64,000 nt of DNA, from positions 1 through 64,000 of the forward strand of contig CAJNYD010000034.1 in the NCBI GenBank assembly GCA_905331295.1, given 5' to 3'. The notes under the pieces are model-generated. The model saw only the letters and a list, made by a program, of their open reading frames with translations, did not search any database and was not told the origin of the DNA. Of this stretch, positions 13,011 through 27,541 are shown one piece after another. The first letter of the stretch is position 1; the number at the start of each line of letters is the position of its first letter. The translations under genes and the position numbers were made by a program. The stretch comes from Rotaria socialis. Lineage: Eukaryota.

Positions 13011-16000
13011 ACAAGATTAACGACAGAGAAAAATGATATGTTTCATATCAGAAGATTTTTGTATCAAATCTAACTTAATGCGTGCCAGCCGATAATAGAT
13101 CATTGCTGTTTTCATGACATCTAAATGCCTGATCAAATGATAATTAAAACATTTCGATTATTTTCTATGACATAAATCGAGTATTGATGCAAAGATCTTT
13201 TCCTGAATTGAACTGATTGACGTTTTTGTTTTGTAAAGTCACAAGTTCTAATGATTAATTAGTTGAACTTTCACGTCTCGGCAACCGCGATATTTTCTTT
13301 CCTGAGTAATAAGATATGCGTCCAAGAAAAAAGAGAATTTCGGCTTTTTATCTAATAAATAAATCACATTGTGAAACCAATCGACAAAAGTTGGTGAGAT
13401 TAATATTTATGAAACGGCCAGTCACATAATGTTAGAATGATTTTGATTGAGTTTAACATATACAAAGGAGATTACTCTTTTAAAACTCATTGGCAGGAAG
13501 GTATTCCAACTATTCTTTCACATACCTGTTCAATCAATGTCACAGCGGGGACACCACTCGACCGTAGTACACAGTCAAAAGTTGGATATAACCATGACTA
13601 ATGAATTGTTTCACGTAGTATTGCGATACTGATAACGTGTTAGAGGCAATTCTTTCTAGTAATAATCTTAATTACATGTAAAGATCTATGAACTATCTAG
13701 TCAATATATTATCATGATATTTTTCGATGAATTTCTTTTCTGCTTGGCTATTTGACCCTAGATTTTGTTGATCGAAATCGGATTTTCTTGGAATGATTAA
13801 GCACACATAATACATCGTTCACGTTCAACTGGAACTTCTACTTGAGGAAACAAAAATCATAGGAACGGAATGGCAATTACACGCATGCATTCATATTATA
13901 TTAGAGCGTCACAAACAAACAACGTCTCTAAATAAAAAGATTTTTAACTTCGGAGCAATTCTTTTCCAATTGCTCACTCCTTAGATTGCTCTCATGCGTA
14001 AAAAAAGACGTAGGAGTCAACTTGAACTAGATTTCAGTGAATAAGAAATATGTAATTATCGAAATGTTCAAAAAGCAATAATGAAGAAACATTTCTCACT
14101 AAACACCGATAATGAAATTGGCGCATAGCTTGACGCCAATAGAGATGACGACAACATTGAAAACTTCCTGTACTCTTACACATAATTGTATTTAAAGGTT
14201 TCCTTAATACTTCAATTGAAATCAATATTTAAAAAGCAGTTAGATACATTATGAGTTATGTCGAATAATGAGATCTGAAGTAATCTTACGCTAATATGTA
14301 CTAGTTGCATTTGAGAATTTGCTGAGAAACTTCGTTTTCGTTTTGTTTCAATATCAATAAATAGCACGAGCTATTTTTCATGTGATTTTACCATATTCAA
14401 TATCTCTTGAGTAGATAAAATGAATAATAATGAGAACGAGAGAGTAAATTTTCTTCTACATTTATTGACATTAAAATGTTTCATTGAATTTTATTTTCTT
14501 CGTTATGTTTGTTTTGTATCTAGCTCTATTTCTCATGTTGAATGTGAACTAGGACAAAAAAAAAGTGTCTTAAAAAGCATCGATTCGTTGCTGAGAAGAA
14601 CGGGAGAAAGAAAACATGAAAATCTTTCTAGCAAAGATTCTATAATTAATAAATACAAAAGATTTCGAGAAGAAGCACTCTGAATTATTTCCTTTTCTGC
14701 GAACATGCAAAGAGCTTCGTTATCAAATGGCAGACATTTAATCTTGTACAGATAAAGATTCCAAAGTTTCTCTTTATTATTTTTTCATGATTTATTGAAT
14801 TGATACTCTCCAAGTGCATGCATCAAAAAAAAGAAAAATACTGCTACACTTCAAAATCAAACACTATCAGCATTGACGACCTTGACTATTCTTTAAAAAA
14901 AAAGGAATGAATAATTCATTACGACGTCAATTGTTTGTATAAAATAAGTTCCGCCTAAAATACAAATCAAGATGTTTCTTGTAGCATATTGATACAAGTC
15001 ATGCTATTGATAAAGCTACATCATGAATGATCATCCGAAGAATATTTTTATTTGATTCGATTATTTTAGTCCTGCTATGGTTAGTTTATGTGATATGATA
15101 TAGTTTGAAGTTTGACACGTTCGACCTTTGTTTTTAACATACTTTTTAGTCAACAAACGTTGGTCCCGATGGTAACATCAGCAAGACATGAATCATAAAA
15201 AAGAATAAGCTTCAGAGTTTTTCTTTGTCTATTGAATATTTTATTGCACTCTTTAACGGATAGATTAGAATAGTAGGCGCCTCGATTTTTTGTTTTGCCG
15301 ATACAATTTCTTTTATTATTCTATACATATCCCTTGTGTTTCTCTCCTTTCATTACAAGAAGTACATCAACAAGCGCAAAATTTATTCATAAAAATCTTT
15401 CATTTGCAAACGGAAGTAATCTAGTTAATCGGAGAATGATTAGAATGATAAGTAAGAGGTTCTTTTTTTCTTTGAAGCCTTATTTTCGTTTGTTAGTACG
15501 CATTACTGCCGCACCAGCAGCTAAAAAAAAGTTTTTTTCAAATCGCTAAAATAATATTCTTCGAAGAACCTTTGTTTTCTTTTCATTCGCATGTTATTTA
15601 TTGACTATGAATCAAATAGATAGTTCAACGAGAATTCCATAGATACACGTAGATTTAATATTGATCTTTCATACGAATCTAGAAACTAAAATAAGTAATT
15701 TATATATTTTTTATTAATATTTCTTTTTTGTTCTCAACAACATATCCGATTGCTACTAATCAAATAAAAACAAAATCTTCATAGACATGAAGTACTTGTT
15801 TTAACAATGAAAATTTGATATGACAGGATGGCATGTTTTGTACTCGAATTTAAATAAGATCTTTGACATGTTGATATCAAACTTTAAACATTACCAAGAA
15901 TATCTTATGAAATTTTCGAATTAAAATGGTAAATCGAACATAATTATTCTAATAAATTAGTTGACGAATTTACAATCTATCACAAATCAGAATAATATTT

Positions 16001-16861
16001 ACCAACATATACAAATATCTTAATACGTGTCATCAAAAGCATTTCCTATAAAACTTCATAAAATCTCTGATCGTATTAATAAGATAAGAGAAACTAACTG
16101 GGCAAGATTGATTCTAGAAAATATCCATCACATTCAAAAATCTATTCACACTTAGATGTAGAAAAGCAAATATTCTCAATAGAAAACAACAACAACAACA
16201 ACAACATTTCTATTATTCATAACTGAATATTGGATTATTGTTAGTGTTTTAAATTGAAATAACCTTGTAAGAGGAATAATTAAATATATTTATATATTTA
16301 TACATATAAATAACATTGGCTCTATTAACACATTATAGAAAGAAATGACTTGGCATCATTGAGTGTATGAGTGAGTGAGTGAGTGAGTGAGTGACAAGAA
16401 AAACCTCAGCATGGAGACTCTAACACAGACAACACGGAAAAAAGTCAGTTTTAAGTTTTTGATTCTTATACTGCTCATTATAAACAAATAACAATATCAA
16501 TCGGAAGATTAGAATCAATATTGCTTTACAAAAAATAATAAAACCAGCACATAATACAGTTTGACGGAGAAAAAAATTATTCTGATAAAGCTATAGGCAT
16601 AAAAGAAGGGTTGTGCAGAAAAGTCCACAATGAGAAAAATAAGTTAATTATGCATGCACATAATACTGAACTCACCTTACAAACGACAAGCAAGGCAGTA
16701 AAAAATATTTAATTTTAACTTTTTGCACACTGAGCAGACGAAAAGGGAACGAAAAAAAATGAGAAAAAAAATAAGATCCTACATCAGATCATTAAATTAT
16801 ATCGTGAAATGAAAAAAAATACAAAGAAAAATAATAATTATCCAGACGGATCGTTAGTAAA

Positions 16862-19548
16862 TTAACTTTTTAACAAAGTTTTAGCGCGTTTGTTAGCCCC
16901 CTCGATTCGAATTTGACTTATATCAGTCTAGAAAGGAAAACATACAAATTATTAGATAAAAAGAGCCATTTCTTCTTACTTTTCCTTTGATACGATCAAT
17001 TTGATTATTTTGATTAACAATTTCATTGCCCATATCACAAGCCATATTTCGTAGATTACCAATCATTGTACTTACTTGTTGAAGATTTTCTTCCATTTCA
17101 TCCTCGCGAGCATCGTTCGTAATTCTAGAAAATGGTATTTGAAATTTTAGTTTTTTTTCTATTTCATTTATGTATCGAATTAAATTTCTACCTTTGGATA
17201 TAACCAGAACCGGGACCAACATCAGTTTGCGAAACAATTTGTCTTGGACCTGATGAATTTACTTTTCCATCTTCATTCCCTTTAAATGTTTTGCTGTAGG
17301 CAGCACTTTTTTCAAAGTTCTTCGTTCTGAATAAATGAATAATATGAGATTGATTCAAACAGGACGCTTCTGTACCTTTTCCATGGAAGAACACATAGAC
17401 CGCAACATTTTTCTAGACCTTCAAGATTTTTTTCTGCATCACGCATTTCAGCGTTGATACGATCCATTCCGGAGTCAATTGCATCAAGTTGTTCTTAATA
17501 ATAAAAATATGAATTGTAATATTTCTAATTTCTTAGAATTATTTCAATCAAGGAATCTTTTTAATTTTTGCTTGATATTTCTCCTCATCATTTCAATAAG
17601 AGGATTATTGTTTATATAAGAGTTCGATTCCGTCTTTGAAATTTGTTATTTTTTCTCCTAATAGAAAATGATCGATTTAAAGAAATATTCAGTTTGACAA
17701 CTAGAAGATTAATCTTTGCCATTTTGACCTAATCACTTTTCAAATTCTATATAGAAATAGTATCATTATGGGTCATTATTCTGCATTATATGTCAGCAAC
17801 CCACTATAGTAAAATATCTTATATCAATCATGTCGAATCATATTTGTTGATTAGAATCTAATATTCGCAATAAGCGGATCCGTTTGTTTGACTCAAGAAA
17901 ATTTTCTTCAATATTTTGGAAAATAGCAAAAGCTTGAATTATATCCAGAGGAAAATTATTATACTCAAGTTCGAGAATATTTCGCCTTGCTAATTTAACA
18001 AACAGAAGAATTTGTCACCCTCTCAATGTTAATGTATACAAAATAATATGAAGTATGTTTTCAAGTTATTGTGACAGTCCACACATTCAATATACTTAAG
18101 AATAAGAAAAGCCCATTTATTTGTGTTGCCCTTGAGTCGATAAACTTATTATGTTACAGACTGATTCATCGTTGTATCTAGTAGAGCTGAATCTATCAAT
18201 GTGATTCAAAATATTCTTTTTCGCTCTTTTCAATGTGAAAACCAAGAAGAAAGTTTTCAACAAAAAACAAGTTTAAAATATTTCTAATAACAATTCGTCG
18301 AGGGTTTTTATCAAAAATAACTAAGAAAAACAAGTATGTCACTCTTTCTAATCAGTAAAACGTTTTTACCTCCTTGTTCATCAAGCATAACCAATGTTCG
18401 TATGCCAGCTTCTTTACTCTAAAAGAAAAATCTCAATTGCAATTATTAAAAAATTTATTTTCAAATACGCACTTCTTCACATAGACCCAACATACGACGA
18501 GTAGATTCAAGAGACTAAACAAAAAAAAAAGAAAAGTTAAGTATGATTCCATCGATATACAGAAATGGATTCGATTAAAAAATTTGCAAACGAATTTCAA
18601 TGAATAATATAATAATTTAAATAAAATAATTTCAATTGGCCACCTTCTAAACTTTAATCGTTTTATCGTATTAAGTAAAAATTTCTTACGTTTTGACATT
18701 TAAGATTATCCCGTCCATTGGGAAATTAGTTCGGCTTTTTTTTCTAATCAATGGCTTGTTGTAAATATAAAGTATCTTGAAAAAAAGAACTATTGAATGA
18801 CTCAGAGAAATTTAATATTCTTTTAACAATCACATTCAATTGATTTTCTTGTTTTCTTTAAATTTGCTGTGATAGAAAAACAAGAATCCAATAATTCTAT
18901 TTCTTTAACAGTAAAAATTGCTTTCGATCCCATAGGAATTTAAATTCGAATTGATCCGGTTTTATTCACAATTCTATCCATGATACAAACATATTCATGT
19001 CATTTTGAATAATCAAACTTGTCAGAAATAAAAGCAAAACAAAGAAGAAGAAAAAACTATCAGAATGTTTATAAACATAGTAATTGGAAATTTTCAGCAC
19101 AATATCACTTAGTAATAGGTTGGATGAAGGTTCTTGGAAATTCTCCACCATTAATGGATTCAATCGCTTCTTTTCCTGCCGAAATCGGAGAAAAAGAAAA
19201 AAACTAATTAAGAATTATCTTCTTTGTCTATTGCTTATCCTCAAAGCTATTCATCAATCATCACATGGCATGGCACATACATAGGAGCGAGATGCATTTC
19301 TACTAATCGAATCCATCTCGCATTCATGCACGCAAAAATATTTAACATAGGAATTGTGCATCGAAGGGTAGGAAAAAAAGTAAATAAAGCTGAAATTATC
19401 CAAAAAAATCCGCTTGAAAATGCTATTTTACCTCATGAACACCCTTGTCGATGGACAATAATATTTGTTCTTCTTCCGTAAGTACTCTTGGTGGTTCATT
19501 AGTAACTGGAACGGTTTCGGTCGCTTTTGATGTAAACGGTAAGACCAT
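16862..19548 (-). CDS. SNAP25: Synaptosomal-associated protein 25 (SNAP-25)
   Basis: Seven exons: MVLPF...DKGVHE / [14 protein letters not shown] / [16 protein letters not shown] / [39 protein letters not shown] / ...GYIQR / [35 protein letters not shown]...QIDRI / ...[11 protein letters not shown]. Two SNARE motifs and a palmitoylation Cys cluster. Confidence 0.96.
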
Positions 19549-21028
19549 AGCGTATAGTTAATAAATAATTAAGGATGCGAAAAATATATCTTATTATATA
19601 CTCAATTTGTTTTTATCTTGCTGTGTTCTTTTTACGTTTTCGAATATTAGAAACCATCGATAGTACATAGTAATAATAATATGTTTTTGTTTTTGATTAA
19701 TGTAAAACCTTTATTCGCTCTCTGATTACTACTTGTTGAACAGAAGAAGAAGAAGAAGAAGAAAAAAAAGGGAAATTTTGATCCAAGAGAGAGGGAGAAA
19801 GAGAAAGAGACCGAGAAAAGGAATGTCAAAGCAAGTCTTTGCTCGCTAACTTGCCGTTGTCTTTCCTGTTGATTGATGCCGGAGCAAAGAAGAAGAAAAA
19901 AGGGAAGCCATGAAAACTGGGACTGTTTTTTATGAACAATGTCGAAAAAGAGAACGCGCAATAACCAGAAATAATAGAGAAAAGGAAAAAAATAAGACAA
20001 AAATAACAAAATCGAGTTCGTTATTTCCAAAAATCGCCACTATGGCAATAACAAGACCTTTTTATAAAATAGAAAATTACAGGAGCAACTTGAAGATTAA
20101 TAGTTTATGCTTCTTTTTGTTTTATTGCTCTTTTCTTCCTTTTTTCTTTTTCCTTTCTTCTTCTATATATACAAAAAAATAAACCTTTATTTGCTTATAC
20201 ATAATACTAAATCTCTCATTTAGAGTTTTTATTCAAACAATAAATATTTTTATTAACTAAATCAAAAACGTTCAAAGGGACAAAATGGAATTTTTTTCCA
20301 CAGTTTACATTTTCTCTTTTGTTCTTGTCTTATTTCTTCATATAGGACTTCATAGAACTACTGGATTATTACATGTTAGAAACAACCCCAAGCGAGCAGG
20401 TTGATGTATCATTAAAAACACTGCTACAGTTTCTTTCTATATTGAGTGCGTGCGTCATTTTTGTCTTAATAACAGAAAGATCCCTAAGGAAGAGGCAAGA
20501 GCTTGTGCACTAACTATTATCTTGATCGAATTTTTGTAACAATAGGCAGAGAAAAAACTTATGACAACTGCAAAAATCATGAGTACACACATATAAAAAC
20601 AAGCGTTGAATATAAGAATACGCGTTAATGAAGACGGTTAGCACAGCCGCCCTATAGTAATTAAGTAAATATAGTTTTGTGTTACTAAGAAGGAAAATTT
20701 CTAATTCAAAATTTTAAATTAGACGATTATCAACTTTAACAGCCGGTTGCTATCGGTGTTTTTTCTTCTCGTTTTTTCTCTCCATCATTATCGGTACTGA
20801 CTCTGTTTTTATGGCTATCCAATCAGTTAGAAAAAAAAATGGTAAGAACCAAACAACTTACTTCATTTGTCGTTTGGTTCATCTGCAATTGAATTGCTGA
20901 TAATTCAGTGTGCACTGGTTGTTCATCGTTCATTTTGATAAGTTTTTTTTGTTGCTGTTGATGATATTTATTCGTAAAATGACAAGAATGTTATGTTAGA
21001 TCAGTGGCTTCTCAACGATAGCTCCGTA

Positions 21029-21330
21029 TTATCTAAATATGAGAAGAAAAAAAGAAAAAAATAAGAATGCTTTACGCATATAGGAAACGATGACAGGTGA
21101 GGGACGATAGGCAACATCATCCTGTTCATATATGCAGTATAGAGGCCTATTTCTATTGATTAAAAAGGGAAAAGAAAGTATTATTCCAATACTGTAGCCG
21201 AAAGCGATACACATGAGTATTACTGAGCACAATGGTGCTAACATGGCACGATGCTGAGATGGACGGCTGAGTGTTTGCTTTTGAATTTGTTGACTAATGA
21301 GTATATCGTCGCCATTGGCCTTTGTTTGTA
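21029..21330 (-). CDS. Possible small membrane-protein exon(s), unresolved
   Basis: Open frame LQTKANGDDILISQQ...AMLAPLCSVILMCIAFGYSIGIILSF with a hydrophobic segment and a flanking AG acceptor; no complete model could be built. Confidence 0.3.
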
Positions 21331-21489
21331 ACTATTTTTCCGATATTTTTTAATCGAAACACACTTTTGACTTTTATCTTAGCTAGGAAAATTATTGCAT
21401 CTTTTCTTTGACGATAATTATTTATGAATAATTTAATTAACTATTGTAAATATGACGATAGAGGACGCTGATTGATGACAACGCAATCG

Positions 21490-21528
<39 letters not shown>

Positions 21529-22383
21529 CCTAGTTGAACTTTTTCTATTAATGCACTTGCGAAGACTTGAGCTCAAGATGTGTCCATAGTGCATGACTTT
21601 CTTGCTCAAGACAAGCACTTGCATGTTTGCATGAGTTACAAAAAAATGCAACTATGAATTTTTAGAACAAGTCGAGTTATTTTGAATGTAAAATTGAAAA
21701 AGTTCTTTAATCACAAAAACGCTTAGATAAAAGCACCCGACAATTGACAAATTATATTTAGTTTTCATTTGAAATAATTACAACTATAGAAAAAGTATCT
21801 CGTAATACGGACAAAAAAAACTACCTGAGGGAGTAATAAATTATTCATTCCTTGATTATTATTTCATGTGGAAAGGAAATTAATCGTAAAAATACTCCAC
21901 CATAAACTAATGCTTAACTATTGACTGTAACGTGCCTGATTATTATTAGATTGTACTTGTTAACGTAATCCGTATCCTATCATGATCAATCAAAGAAACG
22001 ATGATGCACGAACAATTATTTAGTCATAGTGAGAAACTCCAGTTGGGTAAATGGATTATTCTTTATTAATCGATGAGTGTTTTTATTCCATGATAAAAAA
22101 ATCTTTTTTTGTGTGATTGTTCAATATTTTCATAAGATGTATTTTTGTTTTCTCGACCCATCACACGATGATTTATACCGATTGAATTAGCAACGATTAT
22201 TGGTTCAATGGTACACATTCTTTCGTCAGCAACATATCTATATCTATTTGAAACCACGATTTTCAATCTGAAGAAGACATCATATATTGACTTCTCATTA
22301 ACACAAAACAATTAGCTTCACGTAGAAAAAAAATGGTTTCATAAATAATTTATTCAAAGAAAAAAAAGTGGGAATCAACATAG

Positions 22384-25300
22384 TTAAATATCTATCTGTT
22401 TTTCACATTGATTTCCAGTAAATTTATGCCGACATAAACATGCAATTTTATTGCCTCTTGCTACACATGTACCACCGTTCGTACACGGATTTGGAAAACA
22501 AGGATGAACACCTATGAGAAGAAGGAGATCAAATTTTACACAAAAATAAAATAAAACTTCTCATGTCTTACGGCTTTCACAGAAAATGCCAGTAAAGATC
22601 TGATTACAATGACATTGAGCATAACCATCGAAACCCATATAGCATGTGCCATAATTTCGACAAAGTGTTTCATTACATTTTCGTAAATCATATTGACACG
22701 TACGTCCAGTAAATCCAGGTAAACATTGACAGCGATAATCATTGACGAGATCGACACATGTACCGCCATTCATACAAGAATCCATTCGACAATCATCAAC
22801 ATCTTGAGAATGAAAACTGTTACTACGTGGAAACATTTCATTTTCAAATCTTACTTATTTCACAATATTTTCCCGTGAAACCTCGTTGACATTGACATGT
22901 ATATGATGCAACCCCATCAACACATGTTGACCCATGTAGACATGAATGACTAGCACAGTCATTCCATTCTAAAAAATGAACAATAAAAATTTAATCCATA
23001 ACTTGTTTTTGTTTTTAAATAAAATACTGACTTTGATCACATCGTTGTCCTTCATAATCAATGGGACAAATACATTTAAATGATGTAGCCGTATTTACAC
23101 AGACACCACCATTAAAACATTGAGGTGTTGAACAACTTTTTTCCACTAAAATATTTGAAACAAAAATGAATATTTATCGAAACGAAAAATCTTCAATTCG
23201 AATACTTCTTTCACAACGATGACCCATAAAATTTTCTGAACATTGGCAACGGTAAGATTCTCCCTCATCATGGCATGTTCCATTGTTAAGCTGAAGTTTA
23301 TAAAAACAACAAACAAACATTATAATCACCATTTATTATGCACAGCGAATACTTACACATGGATTATATTTGGCACAATAACTACTCACTAAAAACACAA
23401 TTTTTTTGATTAGATACGAACGAGAATAATTTAAATTTTTTGCGATTGAAGCTATTAGAATAGAAATTTATTCAAGCCGGAACTATAAATTATACTTTTC
23501 TAGTATATCACTTTATGAATAATATTGATCAATGATGTAAAACTCATCTTGTTGAACGACGCAATCAAAATACTCATATTTCAGACCGGTTGCTTCGATG
23601 CAATACGAGTCTATTTCTATGAAGTGGCCACTAAGTAGAGACCAGGAAATGTTTCATGTCGATAGAAAGTGAATAAGTATCAAGATTACATATTCAAATG
23701 AAGATCTGATTATTATCATAAGGTTCTAATGTCAACAACAACTGATCTGTTTCTATAGTGAACTTTTGTTTATGGAAGACAAACTGTCATTCATTTGACT
23801 TCACTGTCTCGGCTTTTCTTAAATGTCAATTCTATTATTATTGTTATTAACTTCATCATGTCTTCTGTTCAAGTAAAACCTATTTCGAAATCATATCTTA
23901 TACAATTAGTCTCGATTATAACTTTGATTCATAATCGTGTCATACAACGAAACAAGCTGATAATGATCATTGTGACTCTTGCATTGATAGATCAGATAAT
24001 CGATTGAGACTGCTTAATCCAAAAGCAAACTTTAGCTAATACGATAATGGTATTATCATATGTTGATAAGTAGGATTGAACATATCTCACGTGCCTTGAT
24101 CACATCGACGGCCAGTCCATCCAGCACGACATTTACATTGAAAACCACCACGTTCATTCGAAATACAACGACCATTTCGACAAGGATTATGTGGTGCGCA
24201 TGGATCTCTTCGAGCTAGAAAATTCTGATAGTAACAAGCAATTTGACAAATAAAATTAAAACGCTTAACCTTCATCACAACTTTTAGCGGCAATAACACG
24301 ATTTTGACATAAACATACATATTTATCATCTGGCATTGGAATACAAACACCATCAAGTCCACATGGTTCTCTAACGCATTGTGAAGATTCAGAATCTAAT
24401 ATAAAATTTTATTTGTCAAAGAGAAGAAATTTATTTCAAAAAACTTTAGTCTATACCTTCTTCAGCATTGTCGACTGCGGCTTCCTTTAATAATAACGGA
24501 AGTAGTTCCTCTGGAACCAACCCAGTTACTAAATAATATAAATTAACATGGAGTCATTAAAAACAAAAAACAAAAAAAATTCTCTTCCGTACATGTTTCA
24601 CAATTTATCCCAGTATAACCATACGGACATTCACATCCATATGAACCGTAATTCATTATACATCGGCCACCATTTTTACAACTACATCCAACTTGATAAG
24701 CTAAAAAAAAATATATATATATATATATAATTCAAATCAAATGTCGCAATCATAAGTAAACTCTGCAGATAAAATTACATTTTGTACAATCTTCTTGCCA
24801 TGGTGCACAAATACACGTAAATCCTTCTTTTGTATCAAGACAGATTGAACCATCTTGACATGGATTTTTAGAGCAATCTTCAAATCCTAAGTAAACAAAA
24901 GTGCAAAAAACAAATTGTATATCGAAATAAAAATTCATTTTTTTTTCTATGGAACCTCGAATTGAGTCCAGATCACCTCCATTACACATATCAGATGAAC
25001 ACATGCACCAATAAGTTTTCATATATGTTATACATCCATCAGTAAGTAACTCTCGTGCCCATGGTTGATTTGTACATTGACGATCATTGACTAAAATTTA
25101 GAAGGCAACAAGAAAGGCAAACGTTATTCTCATGACTATGGAAAAAAATCTAAATGGCAAACTTGTTGCATTAGGATGTTTTGATTTAATATAACAACGT
25201 TGTGTCCAATGGCAAGGTGTTACACATCCTTCATCGGCATTTCGACATGCATAACAACGTTTATCTTCATCAGAAACAGATAATTCTAATACAAAATTCA

Positions 25301-25490
25301 CGTTGAAATATTTCTGTCTTTTTCTCTAATTGTTTCTATCATACCAGATTGATGGTTTGTTGTTTTCTTTATCACTGATGTTGATGAAATTATATGAATA
25401 GAGAAAATAATTACAAAACATTGGAAGATCTCAAACGAAGAAAAAAACCTTATTAAATAATATTAATGAAGTGAACCATCTTACCATCAT
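22384..25490 (-). CDS. Secreted protein: N-terminal Ly6/three-finger-like Cys domain followed by about 9 EGF-like repeats (fibropellin/Notch-type)
   Basis: Hydrophobic leader; CYACRNADEGC...CYIK...GCITYMKTYWCMCSSDMCN; then EGF repeats (e.g. DVDDCRMDSCMNGGTCVDLVNDYRCQCLPGFTGRTC). Last exon ends ...FTGNQCEKQIDI* at 22384 with no TM helix. The start at 25490 needs a 1-nt correction in the A7 run at 25441-25447. Confidence 0.85.
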
Positions 25491-26724
25491 TCATACATTG
25501 AAATTTTCACTTTCGTTTTATCCTTGTTGTGCGAACCTGATTATACGTTTATGTGAGAGTGATTATATATCTGAATAACTAAACGTCTTCATTGAACAGA
25601 AAAAAGAAAACAACGTAGGTACGTATTGTGTATTGTATGACATTTTCACTTATACGTTCTCTCATGCCTATACAACCCCATAGATTAGAACACGATGAGA
25701 TTAAATAACACTATTCTTCACTCTCTATCGTATTGTTGCACCGTAATGAGAATGAGACAACATACTACAACTACTCTACTACTCATTCAGCCAGACAGCC
25801 CAAGCCTCTCAATCTCATTATTACTCAACAATTTTTTTTAACTGAACAAAAATAATAAAATGATTGCATAGATAAATCTTTTGATTTGCATTTAACAGAC
25901 AATTGAATTGTATACTTTGTATTTGTTTTTATTTTTTTTCGTTTCATCAACTGCCAATAAGTTCTTATGACAAGATAACTAATTTAGATTTTGGAAAAAA
26001 AATTATTAAGTTTTCTTTGATTGATATTTGCCGCCCTTCACAATACACAAGATGAAAAAAATGATATATCTAACTCGTCTGCTGGCTATGTGTACTGCCG
26101 TTTTTCTCTGCATTTCCATCTTGAGAAAGAACGAACGAACGAACGAACGATCCTGCAGTTATATTTATGATCTATAGTCTCATCATATAAACGGATTGGT
26201 TGTTGATATATGTATATGATGGAAAATATATCTATATCACTTATATATATATATATATATATATATGATATAGCAAAAGAAAAGAAAAGCCAATCATAAA
26301 ACGATGCGAAATTAGTATTGTAGAGTGAGAGAATAACTTAGCTATATACAATCGACAGAATAAATGATCATTTGAATGATGATCAAAGTTACTGGATATA
26401 TGATTATGGTGAGAATATAGAGTGTCATTTACACAAGTTCGTTGTTTTTTTTATACAGTCTAAAAATCATATTTAAAAGAAAATTTTTGATCGTATGCAA
26501 AAGATTTTCTAGTAGAATTTGTTGATCAAACAGTGAATTAGCTACATTTTTAGAAGAAAGATTTTCGTCGGAATGCACCTGTCTTAACGAATTATCCGAA
26601 GATTTCGTTTGAATAATGAGAAGTTTTTATGCTGATTACTATTCAGTCAGGGAAAATTGCGTAGCTATTTCTCCATTCACTTTTCATTTTAGTTAATAAT
26701 TTCAATTTAATCAAATAAAAAACA

Positions 26725-27541
26725 ATGGACATACCATATCATAATCCATATCACTATAGTCATGAATGGCCACTGTCTTCAACATCTGATAATTTCCCAT
26801 TATATTCTTCACAAAGTCATTCAACAACTTGTTATAGCGTCAATCCATGTCCTCCTCCTGCTCCGCCGCCACCGCCTCCGCCTCTGCCTCACCCCTCTTC
26901 GTCATCATATTATGACTATTATACTCCATCAAATTGTTGTCCGTCAACATCTACTACTTACTCAACTCATTATAATACTTATTCATCATTTAATCAACAC
27001 AACGCAAGTCAAAGTGCTTCTTTGCCTAATACAAATAGTATTTCAATCCCATCTGAGTAAGAAGGACTTTTTCTTCTATTGAGTATAAAATGCTTTGTTT
27101 GTTTTCTTTTTGTTACATCAGGGTACCAAAATCGAATAATGAAACAATATCAACTAGTACTGTTATTTATCCATGGATGAAAAAATTACATGTGAAAAAT
27201 CTTGTCCAAAATAATGATGGTAGCGAAACTTATAAACGTATTCGTACAGCGTATACGCGTAGTCAAATTCTCGAACTTGAAAAGGAGTTTCATTTTAAAA
27301 AATACCTAAACCGCCGACGCCGTATTGAAATTGCACGAACGTTACTATTAAGTGAACGACAAGTTAAAGTAAATTATCATATGGAAAAAAAGAAAAGCTA
27401 ATATTTTTATTTTGTCTGTTTTTTCTTTTTAAAAAGATTTGGTTTCAAAATCGACGCATGAAATGGAAGAAAGATCATAATTTACCAAATACAAAATCAA
27501 AATTAGTTGAAACAGCAATTAAACAAGAGAGCGACGATTAA
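26725..27541 (+). CDS. Hox4: Hox paralogy group 4 (Deformed-like) homeodomain protein
   Basis: Exons 26725-27056, 27122-27368, 27437-27541. Hexapeptide [10 protein letters not shown]; homeodomain [61 protein letters not shown]4-diagnostic LPNTK. Confidence 0.95.

Noticed and set aside
16367..16394. (TGAG)n run as possible telomeric-type repeat
   Set aside because: Short tetranucleotide microsatellite downstream of SNAP-25, with no associated retroelement.
1658..20182. Many 60-130 aa Phe/Lys-rich ORFs in the ORF track (e.g. 1658, 5364, 18433, 19647, 19910)
   Set aside because: They arise from A/T homopolymer-rich intergenic, intronic or antisense sequence and show no domain signal.
20455..20935. 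Exon-like hydrophobic segments on the minus strand
   Set aside because: Every attempted join meets stops or frameshifts; no supportable gene model.
22066..22311. ORF that might extend the EGF protein to the TM exon at ~21.2 kb (Notch/Crumbs-like receptor)
   Set aside because: The last EGF exon ends in a stop at 22384 and I found no phase-compatible donor to join these segments.
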